Assembly: GCA_003971905.1 (NCBI GenBank)
Contig: RSEE01000069.1
Span: forward strand, 310,001-374,000
Origin: Moniliella sp. 'wahieum'
Taxonomy: Eukaryota
DNA: 64,000 nucleotides
Direction: 5' to 3'
The translations under genes were made by a program, and so were the position numbers. Below the pieces are notes generated by a model that was not told where the DNA came from, searched no databases, and saw only the letters and a list, made by a program, of their open reading frames with translations. The first letter of the stretch is position 1; each line of letters opens with the position of its first letter. Below are positions 52,801 to 63,804 of this stretch, piece after piece.

Positions 52801-55800
52801 TCAGCCAAACCGGCCACAATCACATCCAAACGACCAAGGAAATCTGCCATGGACTCAGTCGGCCTCTTGCGTGCCGAGAACTCATGAGTCAGATCGAATT
52901 CGCGGCTGGCAGTGCTTCCAGCGTAATCGGTTTCGAGACATTTCCACATTTGAAGCGCGTTGTGAGCAGCCGAAGATGGACTGGATGTCCTTGCTGACCG
53001 AGAAGGCGATGGCGCTTTGGCCATCTTATCAGCTTTAATCTCAGCCGGAGTAGCTTTCTCGTCGGGCGCCTCTTCAACGAGGGCTCCGTCATAATCGTTG
53101 GCACTTAGAAGCATCTTGATCTACCACGACCGTGCGGGATAATTAGAAATTCCCACAAGCGGTTCGATCTCGACTTTGTTGTCAAACATGGACGACATCT
53201 TGGCGAATGATGAGAAGGCGAGAGAGAAGAGGGAAGAAGCGATTGAAGTGGGCTCGTTACCTGTAGAGTAGCGGAGTCTACCAGGCAAGCTATTCCCACC
53301 AACACAGTGGGTGCGCTGGCCCATCATGGGTGGTAGGTAAGCCCAAGGAGAGGCGGGCACCGCGGCTGAGCACATCACGAATGACAACCACTAGTGGTAC
53401 TGCTTTTCATCCTGTTGGCCGTACACTCCCATGTCTGACCCTCATTTCGTGGGCTTGAGCGAGGCGATCTCTAGATGCGCGTTCCCTGATTCCTGCACCA
53501 CATTGCGGCAGAAGCTGGTAATGTCTCGATCCATGCCTTTATCATCAGGTTCTTGCAGAGCTTGTCCGTCGTTTTCATCTGAAGCGCCCTCCGGTTAACG
53601 TTGGGACGGGCCCTCGCGAACGGCCCCGCCACCATCCGAGGTTGTCGTTGCCTGGCGGAGTGTTTAACCTGACGCGGAGGCGATACCTCTGGAGAGCGCG
53701 GGGCGATCACTTGCTTTTCCATCGGCTATTCTCCACCGTCTATTAGCATATTCGCACCTGTTAACGCACTGGTAAGTACATTATACCACAGCAAGGCTTG
53801 GGTGACTTCGTACTGGTGAACAGATAGTGGGTACATCGAGCATGATAGTGTGAAAATGGATTGGCAGTCTGGCAATCCGGCGTGTGGTGGTGGTAGGGCG
53901 GCAAGGTAGGGGGGGCGCGAGAGGTGTGCCGGATGTAACGAAGGGGACCGACGTAACCTCGCGACGGGAGCAGTCCGTCCTGCGCGTATCACGCAGAAGC
54001 GGCCCATTGCGGTTGCTTGCGGGGCGCTCGGCTTGCGTCCGCTGCCGCCGTTTGTCGTTGCAGCCACGAATATCACAACCCAGCCCCCATCCCCTGTCAT
54101 GAACAGCAGCTGTGGACTTCCACTGCAGCAGGGTGCGCTGCTGACGGCGGTAAGGCACTTGCCGTGTTGGCCAGACACAGCTGGCTTCCACGCAGGCCTG
54201 GTGCACAGCTGCTAAAGCAGGCGCGTCGAGCGCGTCGGACACTGGTTGCGCACGTCCCTTGCTGCCCAAAGCCCAACCCGCGCCTTCCGCACAACATGGG
54301 GAGAGCAGTGCGCACCTTGCCTTGCGAGGGCGGCGTCAACCGGAGCAGTGCCTGCACTTTCACTGCGTCCGCGTCGCATGCGCTGGCTAAGAGACATTGA
54401 TACAACCACTCGCTTTGGGCCAGCACGTTCGTCCCAATTACTGCTGGGACTGTGTTTGCTCTGGGTCGATTGTCAGAAACTCGCACCACAAGAGAGTACA
54501 AGGAAGCGGAGGCAACGTACCATCACCACAACCTGGGCCAGCAAGCTTCGTTGAAACGCAGGTGCGCACTAAGTGTTGCAGAGATACCGCTCATATGGGC
54601 AGCAGCTAATCCTATCGTTGGTAACGGCGGCGACTTTGTAGGGACTTTGTAGGGCATGGACAAGATGTACAGCACTGCACGCAAGCAGTATCAGGGCCTC
54701 ATGAAGCAGCGCCGCCGCACTGGAAGAATAGCGGAACCAGTCCCCAACGTTGCAGTCGCCACGCGGTCGTTTGATGGCGAACGATGTTCCTTGGGCGGTG
54801 GGGTTGAGAGGCGTCGGTGTAGTGGGATCGCTGCGATATACGCCGTGCAGCCGCAAGGAATGAATGGACATGTTTGGGTCTCCTGGGATGCAGTACCGGC
54901 AACGAGTTCCCCAAGATGATGCACCTTAGATGTGCACGTAACGTACAAGCAAGTACAAGCAAGACAGCTTAGATCCCCTTGGGTTAAACATGGCAAGGAG
55001 GCCATTAAGCCAGACCAGATTGACGGGATGGTATACCTGCGGGCTTGGATATCTTCGTTATGACCCGCGGCACACACGCGCTCGTGGGGGCACTGATTCT
55101 TGCCGGACAACCTGAACGAGACAATTCCAGGGACTGGGGCCGCTCCAACGACTGCCGCCGCGATGACTGCTCCAACCGTTGCATGCACATGGGAATGGCA
55201 CCAGGTGTATCGCCCAGCGCCACCGGCGGGGGCCGAGAGGGGCAGGAGGGGGAACACATGCTCAGGGAGGGGGGAAGAGAAGATGCGAGGCTGATGATTC
55301 ACTCCGGCACGGCTCGGGTGGTTGGGTGGTCGCCAGCCCACCCGACCGGCAAGCGCGGCGAGCCAAGCGTCGCATCAATCATCAGTATTCAATCGGGAGC
55401 GATGTTCACTGACGCTAACCACACCATATGCATCCTCTTCAGGGGTTCGAGATGTGGCGCCCATCATCCCCCTGAATAGCCATGACAGGCTTGGTCTCGT
55501 GCACGAGTGAAGCGATGGAACTAAGGGGGCCGCCCTGCTCGTTCAGCAAACGCGGTCTCTGGCAGCAGGCACGCGTGTCGCCGCAGACCGTAGAGATGGA
55601 GAGTCGGCGGCGACAGGGTTAGATGCTGAAGGCAGCCCACGGCGGCCGCTTGCCCTCCACACCCGTTTCCTGTGCCAGGAATGGCCCAGCACAACAGAAC
55701 AGCATCGAACAGCACGTGCTCCACATTTGCACCTTGGTGGCCTTCCATTAAGGCACAATCTGCGGGGGTGTGAAGCATGCTTTGCCTTGGCTGGTGGCGC

Positions 55801-58800
55801 AGCGCCGATGGACAACAGGGAAGTGGCGTATCGGCATACCCTCAATTGGTGCCTTGAACAACTGGGTGAGGGAGCGTTGACGTGACGATTTGGAGGGCTG
55901 CATGACGCGTCTGATCCTATTGCCTCCAGTGCTGCGCTGCTCGATGAGAACTGTCAGCAACTTGGGCCACACAGAAGAAGATGGACCACGTACAAGCGTC
56001 GACATCCACACCAACGAAGTTGGGAACTGGACCCATCCTGGATGGGGAATCACCGAGAGAGGTGTGCAGCGCGACTAGGTACATCCCCAGGGGCGATCAT
56101 AGTAGCACAGCTCCTCCTTCTGTTGGTCTCACACCACCATGCTGCCCCCCATTCCTCAAGCGTGAGCGAGGCCATCTCCGGGTGCGCGTCTCGTTCATCG
56201 ACACAACGTCGCGGTACGCGCTGGCAATGAATGGTTCGATCCACGTCTTTATAATAGACCCCAAGCTCTCTTGCCAAGCGTGCCCATTGTGTTCATTGGG
56301 AACACCCCGGTCCACATAGGCGAACGGGACCTGGCAGCCCCCCCGCCACCACTCGAAGTTGTCGTTGCCTGGCAGAGTGATGAATCTGGTGCGCAGGCGA
56401 TACCTCTGCAGCTGGCGGAGCGATCCCTTCTTGTTCCATCAGCGATTGGGCTCCGGCAAGCATATTTGTACCTGTTTAGTGCGCTGGTCAGTATATCACA
56501 GTAGAGTAAGGTATGGGTGCTTTCGTACCAGAGAAACACATAGTCGGTAGAGCGGTACCAACGCTGCGCAAGACAGCGTACAAAGGATTCGCACGTCTAG
56601 CAATTCGGCGTGGCCGTAAGGCCGAAAAGAAAGCGGCGGCACGATAGGCTTTTGCGGATGTAAACGCAACAGAAACGGAACGACAAGATGCCACGCCGCG
56701 TCGCAGTGTACCTTGATGGAAGCGGAACCCGTCTTGGTCGCAACACCGCCATGGAGGACATGAGCGATAAGAGCCCAGCCTCGTTCGTCGATGGAGGAAG
56801 CAGTGGGACGAGCAGCCTCACAGCAATGGAGGGCCCATATCCAACCCCACCTTACCAGTGCAACTGCTGGCAAAAATACCGGAATGTCGTCATTGTTGGC
56901 ACCCGCGTTGCAAAGGTAAACCCCATACCCATGTCAAGAATCCTCCTTAGGTTGATGTGGCAAAAGCTTGTTGCTTCACCCCACTGCGACATGCCCAAAC
57001 GCACGCACAGCTGCCCAGAGGTAATGGGTCCACTTCTCCTGGGTACGCCAGTTGCCACCAAGCCTATTTGTGGCAAATGGTTGCTCTGGGAGCCCAAGCG
57101 CGGCCGATTTGGGGAGACACCTAAAATCGATACAAGCGGATTGTCGGCGCTCCATCGGGGAGTCAGGTCAATGTTTGGCGCGCTGCCGTTGGCCAATGTG
57201 GAAAGCAACGCAAATGGTGAGGGCAGCAAATACCTGCAAATGAATCATCCGCGAGTGGGGTTGCGTTTGGTCGGGGTGCTGGTGGCTCTGAGAGGTGTGC
57301 ATGATGCATGTTGCTGACCAGCAAAGGGGAGTGGGCGATCCCTACTGCCGCCCTCGGTGCCACCACACGCACAATCCAGTTTCAGTACCCCAAGGGTGGG
57401 CCGCCTTCAGGTTGATTTGCAGTCCGCCACGCATCGTGTCGACCGCGCTTTGAGCAGAAGCGGCCGATTGGGGAAGGGCACGATCCACGTTTGCACAGAA
57501 GGCCAGGTTCTTCGGACCGATAACTGGAGGTGGGAGGGTGAGGGAACAGCGCGCCTTGTTCGGCCTGCTGCTGCAGACCATCGCCTAGGCCTGCGTCCCA
57601 GCCGCGCTCTCGCATCGGGCGCCGCATGGAAACCGATGGGCAGCAGGAAGCGGAAGCAAGGGACGCCGCCTCTCATGAGCAACGCATCCGGCTTGATGTA
57701 CAGCGAGAGAAAAGCTAGGACGCTAGCTGCGGCAGCGGCCCCACAGTGCTGGTTGGTGGTGCAGAAGCAAAAGCCGCGCCGACGCGACGAGATTAATTCA
57801 GCGGGGTGCTAGGGTTGTAGATGGTGGCCGCAGCCAATGTAGATGAATTGCAACTGCGTGGGCGCGCCAACCGACGCGGCAGCCATAACGCGACGACCCA
57901 ACGCTCGCCACGATACCGAGCGGCCCAGCGCTGTGCCGGGGGGAGGGCGCCCGCACCCGCACCCGCACCCGCATCGGCACCACACTCCCGCCACTGGCCC
58001 CTCCCCGCGCGCGGCTGCGCGACCCACGTACCCCTTCCTTGGTTGGCCCGTCCTTACCGGCCTGACCTGGCCACGAGCCAACCCACGCTGCCGATTCTTG
58101 GGGCCACCAGTAGGCGTTTGCCACGCTCGGCAGCACAGCGGACCAAGCAAGCCGCGCCTTGTCTACCGACCCGCCCATCCGACACGCAGCGTACCCAGTG
58201 CGCCGTTTGGTCGCGCATCCTGCTTCCCCTCGCGTCTCGTCCCCGCCTCTCGCCTTCACCGCCGTCGTCCCCGTTGTCCCCGCCGCAGCAGCCTTTGGGC
58301 TACCCCCTTGGCCGTTGTCCCGCCCAGCACCATGCTCTGCAGTTGCTTCGCGTCGAGGCCATGTCCATGGCGTTGCCCTGCGAGCTGCTCCTCGGACTCC
58401 GCGAGGGCGCCGAGCGCGGAGGCGGTCGATTGTTGTTGTTCGTCGGGGTGCTCGCTGTGTGTCGCCTAACATCTCTCGTTGCGGCCAAGAAAACTACCAA
58501 CCTAGTCTCTCCCTTTCGCACGAGCAGCAGCCGCTCCAGACCCGAACTGCAGCCGGAAGCGCAAGCGCTGCAGACGGCGTTAAAGGCGTCCGCTGTGTTG
58601 CCCAGAAGCAGCTGCTTATCCCGTAGGGGCGGCGCCCGGCCGCTAAAGAGGCGAGTGCCGGTCCGACACCGCCTTCGCACGTCTCCGCCCGGCCAAATGG
58701 AAATCAGGATCGTCCGAGCAGACCCCACCGAAGGGGGGTGGAGCGGGTACTTTCTTTGCCAGTGCAGCTGCCAATCGTCAAGTGGGGCAGTTCCTCCATG

Positions 58801-59200
58801 GCCACCGCGTACGCTCGTATGCCTGGAAAAGGGGTATTGATCCAGGCAGATTCCTTGGTGGGGCGTTTGATCTACTCCGATTGTCAGTAACTTGGAATGC
58901 ACAAGAGAGCGTGGGTAACGTACCGCCATCACAATCTGGGGCAGCGGGGCAGCGACGGTCCTAAGCGAACAATGCCGACAGTAGCCTTGCCACGCGCGGA
59001 TATCCCAGTCAAGAGGAACATTCGTAGCTGGAGCAAGGTAGACGAGGGGCAAGGGATGAAGCAGAGATGTGCTCGTCAACACAGAGCCATGCATAGTGTG
59101 CCAGCCCAAGGAGGCAACTCTATTACTCAAGTCAAGGAGGCTGCTCCTTGGGGTGGGCCGTGCCTTCCATGGCGACAAACAACTTGGGGGTCCAGTGCTC
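43840..59200 (-). pseudogene. Tandem array of decayed paralogous segments of an unidentified protein family
   Basis: Homologous DNA blocks: 43840-44700 with 49370-50220; 44980-45293 with 50690-51051; 46040-46870 with 53290-54000 and 56200-56870; 45290-45640 with 57385-57880; 50540-50700 with 55270-55450; 54450-54545 with 58860-58950. Recurrent peptide motifs on the minus strand, interrupted by stops. Confidence 0.7.
51052..53289 (-). mobile_element. Internally deleted Ty1/Copia LTR retrotransposon (gag, RT, RNase H; protease and integrase missing)
   Basis: gag (ALQMWKCLE...ESMADFLGRL); [11 protein letters not shown]...RFKARLV, SDPCLY, WVDD; RNase H GWCDAN, HARTKHFD, EMLADGFTK. 3' LTR TG..CA at 51052-51112, PPT GAGGAGGAG at 51113-51121, PBS GGTAACGAGCCC at 53250-53261, 5' LTR remnant at 53262-53289. 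Confidence 0.93.
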
Positions 59201-59319
59201 GGCATCTTGGGAAGCTTGGTCAAACTGATAAGGCAAAGTGTATCCAGTAAGTATATCGTCCGCGCCGGTTCCTTTTCTAGTGGGGTTGCATCACGATCCT
59301 AAAAGATCATCATCATATA

Positions 59320-61115
59320 CGTACGTTCTTGGTCACCAGATACGCCAGTCGGTCTTCCGTATCTACCAGTCGCTGCAGGACAAGCACCCGACCGGCCCGC
59401 GCAACCCGATGGCTGGTATTGTGGTCCGGCAGGTCGCCGAGCGCCCGCCGCCGACGCTGACCGGCGACGCGATCGAGGACGACGAGGGCCACCTGCTGGA
59501 AGATCTCGAGGTTCAAGACAAGGATGTGGACCGTGCTGCTGCTAGCTTCTCCCGCGACGTGGGAGGCGGCGTCAGTGGCTGGTCCCAGCCGCTGCTGCGG
59601 CTCGCACTCCAACATGACGACTTTAAGGCGGCTGTCAAGTCCATGGCTACTGCCATGTACCGGCACCTGCCCCGGCGCCCAGCTGCTCTGCACCAGCAGC
59701 TCACGGCTCTTGCCAAGCCGGACGGCGGTGTGCGCCCCATTGCCTGTGGGGCTCATCTACCGGCTCCTGGCCAAGATCCTCCTGCTGCATCACGTCCGCT
59801 CGCCCCTCTTGCGCACCCAGCTGGGTGTCAAGTCCAAGGGCGGCGTGGAGCCGATGGTGCGGCTGCTGGACCGCGTCGTCACCGGAGGCGACCAAGGCAA
59901 CGGCCCCGAGTGGGAGGACCGGGTCAAGTATGTGACGTCGCTCGACTTTACGAACGCGTTCAACACGCGTGGACCGACATGTGATGGCGCAGCCGTCAAC
60001 GACCACTACCGCGAGCTGGTGCCCTTTTAACCGCTGGGCATACGGACAGCACACGCAGCTGGTCGCGGGCGGTGCGGGAACGTGCGCACGATTGTCAGCC
60101 AGCAAGGCGTCCGGCAAGGCGATCCCTTTGGCCCCTTTTTCTTTTCCGTCGCGATCCGGACAGGCTCGCCGCGGCCCAGCGCGCTCGGCGACACGGGTGT
60201 GGTCGTATCCTACCTGGACGACACCTACCTGCTGTCGCGCGAGCCCAACGCACTGTCGCTCGTGTCGGGCGCCCTGCGGCACGGAAAGACGGGCTCGAGC
60301 TCAACGTAGCCAAGACCAAAGTCACCAGCGTGCAAGAGATGCAGCCCCAGGGTGCCAAGGTCCTCGGCTCGTGCATTGGGCCCCGGGACGCCCGCCTGGC
60401 CTTTCTGCGGGACAAGATTGCGGACCAAGCCTCTCGCTACCCCGCCCTGCATGGTCTCCTGCTGCAGGACCGGCTGCTGCTCTTGCGGCCGTGCCTGCAG
60501 CACAACCTCCGCCACCTGCTGCGCTGCATGCGGACCGACGATCTCGCGGAGGAGCTGCGCGAGATTGACATGCAGCTGTGGCAAGAGGTCAAGGCCATTC
60601 GGGGCGCCGACCCGGACGATGTGCGGGACAACGGTGGGACGAAGCTCTTCTTTCCCTGCCCGCCCGGAGCGGCGGGCTTGGCTTCTTCTCCCACCTCGAC
60701 GTTGCTCCCCACGCGCGGGCGGCCTCATGCGAGGAGGCGGATGTGTGGGTGGAAAAGGTGATTGTCGGCTGCCGACCGGAAAGAGAGAGAGAGACGCGCC
60801 AGCGGCCACCCGACAGTCGCAGCGGGAACGGACGACCGCCATGTTTGCCGACCAACAGGCGAAGCTACTGACCGAGCTGCCGCCCGAGTTGGGCCACCGG
60901 CTGCTAGAGAACGCCGAAGCGCTCAACCGGACGTGGATGTCGGTGGGCCCACCTTAAGAACGACAAATGGCATATGCCCGGTGCGTGGAGCCGTATGCTG
61001 GGCCTGGGGGGCGGAGGGCAACGCAGAGTAGACGCGGGTGGTGAGCAGAATAGAAGCAGGAGGGAGAGGGATGTGCATGAAGACGTATGTCCAACGCTGC
61101 AACAACGCACCTACT
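59320..61115 (+). mobile_element. CRE-clade (Cnl1/MoTeR-like) non-LTR retrotransposon RT, 5'-truncated and interrupted
   Basis: LAKPDGGVRPIACG, YRLLAK, QLGVKSKGGVEP, SLDFTNAFNT, GVRQGDPFGPFFFS, SYLDD (60211), GLELNVAKT, LPARSGGLGF, damaged CCHC finger (CPVRG...HEDVC). Confidence 0.88.
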
Positions 61116-61980
61116 TAGTAGTGGCGTTTCCTATGGTGGCAGTGTTGGTGGACGTGACGAGCTTGGTGGGGGAGCGGCGTGTGAGAGCGTGTGGCGATGG
61201 CTAGCATGGTGCCCCGGCGACGTTGGTGAACATGGCACTGTTTTCTTTGCCCGGCGCAGGAGCTTCGCCAGGGACCAGGCAGGGGGAGATGAACCATAGG
61301 CCGCCTGGAGCAGGCCCCGCCCCGAGCTGCCCCCCTCGCCCTCACTGTCGGCCTCCCCGCCCTCCGATCCACCCACCTCGTTTCCCACTCCGTCCCCTCC
61401 TTCCTTGCCCGACTCCAACCCATCGTCGGATCCACCAGGCAAGGGGACAAGGCCGCCTCCGCAACGGAAGCCCTGCGCGCAAAGACAGCGTTGAGCGCTG
61501 CCCTCCGCGCCGACCGGCCACCGGCCCACTCGACGCCCCACGACCACGCCCGCCCCCATCGCGGGCCTCGCTGGCGTCTTGACTGCCTCCAAAAGATTCC
61601 CCCTCCGACTCGGAGGGGAGTAGTAAACACGACCACGTTTCTTTCCAGATGAACCACGCGCGCTTGTCCGGGACACATCCAACGCGGCAGTCGCTGCTGC
61701 CACTCCGATTCGCTCCGACCCGTTCGCCACGACATCTTCTGCGCTGCATTCGACTTGCTCGGGGGGTACCCCTTTCTTGCGAGCAATCGCCCTGATCGGC
61801 GCATCATCAGGTCCTGGCATTGGTCGCGTCGGTGACCGGGGATACGGCACAGGCCACACTTCGTGCCCCCAGTCGCCACTTGTTGGCAGACCGCTGCCGT
61901 ATGCCCGAAGCGGGAGCACCGCTCGCCTTGTAGAGGGCGCACCGTCATCGTACAACATTCTCGCCCCGCCGCAGTCACTT
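61115..61980 (-). mobile_element. LINE ORF1 (gag-like) fragment with two CCHC zinc knuckles
   Basis: PLQ(G)ERCSRFGHTAAVC with first Cys mutated, followed by CGLCRIPGHRRDQC. Confidence 0.75.
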
Positions 61981-62696
61981 AGCCCGTTCCCTAGCTGTGG
62001 TTTCGCAACGCAGTCGATAGGGACAAGCGCATCCCGCAAGGCACATCATACCTTCACATTGATAGTTAGCGATGAGCGAGCGAGGCAATAGTGGGGACTT
62101 ACTAGTCACTCCAAGCAGGGCATGCGGTCAGCCGATGAGTGAGCTGACGTTCGGCATGTCGTTGCGCTCCTCGGCTTAGGCGCTTCGCCGGCACACAAAG
62201 GGCAATTGGAAGGGGAAGACTGGGTTGTGGGAGGATGCGAGTGGCCAAGAGAAATGAGCACCGGTTGGGACGAATCGAACATGGCTCTGCGCCCCCGATG
62301 CCGTGCATGGCCCCGCATTAGTGCCGCGGACTCAGGCGACAGAGTTAACGCTCATGCTGAAGGTGGTGGTGGTCAGGGCGATGCCTTGGCATACGTGTGT
62401 GGTGGTGGTGGGGGTGGTGGTGGTGGTGAGAGGATAGGGGGCAGGCCCGAAAACCAGCACATTCACTGGCAAACGGGCACTAGGGTTGCGACTCCGCAGC
62501 AACAGAATGAACTAGGGTTAATTATAATTCCAAGCCGCGCTTCGAGGGTGTACACACGCTATAGGGTGAAGAGTGCCGAGGGAAGCACGATGCTGCACCC
62601 GTAGGCAAAACTGTATATATACGGGCTCTATAGGGTACAGAGGGGGGGAGGTGGTAGATGCAGTGACTAATATGTGCTCTATAGGGTGAAGTGTGT

Positions 62697-62774
62697 AGTA
62701 CTGACTGGGCGATACTGGGTTAACTTCGCAGATCGGACGGGATGCGGTGCTTTCACAGTTCTATGGCCGCGGAT
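62697..62774 (-). rRNA. 5S rRNA gene, 3'-truncated after nt 78
   Basis: Minus strand reads ATCCGCGGCCATAGAACTGTGAAAGCACCGCATCCCGTCCGATCTGCGAAGTTAACCCAGTATCGCCCAGTCAGTACT, a basidiomycete-type 5S; similarity then stops abruptly. Confidence 0.92.
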
Positions 62775-63305
62775 GCCTGTTGAGTTTGGAGGGGGGGTAT
62801 GGGGGGGAGGGTGTATTGAGGGGGGGAACCGTACTGGGGCATACCCCAGTAGGAGGACAGAGGGGGGGGGCAGAGGGGAGAATACACCAAGGGGCAACCC
62901 TGGGGGGACACAGGAGGGAGGAGGGAGAATACACAAGGGGCAACCCTAGTGGGGGCATACCCCAGGGGAGAGAGTACAAGGGGGACAGAGGGGAGAATAC
63001 ACTAAGGGAGAACCCTAGGGGGGCCTAGGGAGACCCGAGGGGGATACTCGCCGCAGTGGAGCGAGCTGGTGTGAGTAGGGTTTCGGGGTGCTCGGAGCGG
63101 GGTAAACAGCACTGAAAACGGGAGTAAAAGGGTATGGCTCAAACCTGATAGAGCGTCCGGCCCGCTCACGCAGTCTTCCCTCTTTTCTTTCCCTCTTTTT
63201 CTTCTTTCTTGCGCCGCAGGCGCGCTATTTTTTGGTATTTTTTTTCGGGGGGCATGCAGGGTAGGGTTGATGGGTGGACAGTGGACCCCCCTCCCGAGGG
63301 AGGGG
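62775..63305. repeat. rDNA IGS1 with G-rich subrepeats
   Basis: Lies between the LSU 3' end and 5S. A GGGAGAATACAC..AAGGG..AACCCT unit occurs three times (62876, 62923, 62991); TGGGGCATACCCCA-type palindrome twice (62835, 62950). Confidence 0.8.
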
Positions 63306-63768
63306 GGGAATCAGAGGTGCCGAGATGGGCTTCAGCCGATCGTGGAACAAGCCCACTCTACGGCGTACGGCGCTCGGACCATGCCCCGTCGTCTGCGGGG
63401 GATTTGTAGTGTGCATAACATGTATCTTGTGGGGCGTGTGGTGGGGCGTCGCCCGCCACAGAGACCCCCCAGTGGTGTACGGCTTGCGCCTATTGGTACC
63501 CAGTCCAGCGCACATGCGAGCGTCTAGCACGAGTTCCACCTTAGAGGCGTTCAGGTGTTACTCGGCGGGCGCGGCTGCGCACCTCTGCCCGGTCGGACAG
63601 GTGCTCAACTGGAGGCCCGGCCCCGTGTTCCTCTCGTACTCGCCGGAACTACTTTTGTGACTCGCTTGTTACGGTAGGATAAACTAACCTGTCTCCGACG
63701 GTCTAAACCCAGCTCACGTTCCCTATGGTGGGTGAACAATCCAACGCTTGCCGAATTTTGCTGACGGC

Positions 63769-63804
<36 letters not shown>

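Noticed and set aside
53262..53304. Apparent complete 43-bp 5' LTR starting TGTTGG
   Set aside because: 53290-53304 aligns with the host repeat at about 46040 (TATCCCCACCAACA), so it is flank rather than LTR.
62490..62500. TTGCTGCGGA on the minus strand as the displaced 3' end of 5S
   Set aside because: Only about 8 nt match; box C and the helix IV/V partner strands are absent.
63690..63702. Missing U in the LSU H93 loop (CCGTCG-GAGACAG)
   Set aside because: A single-base loss cannot be told apart from the assembly's indel error without raw reads.
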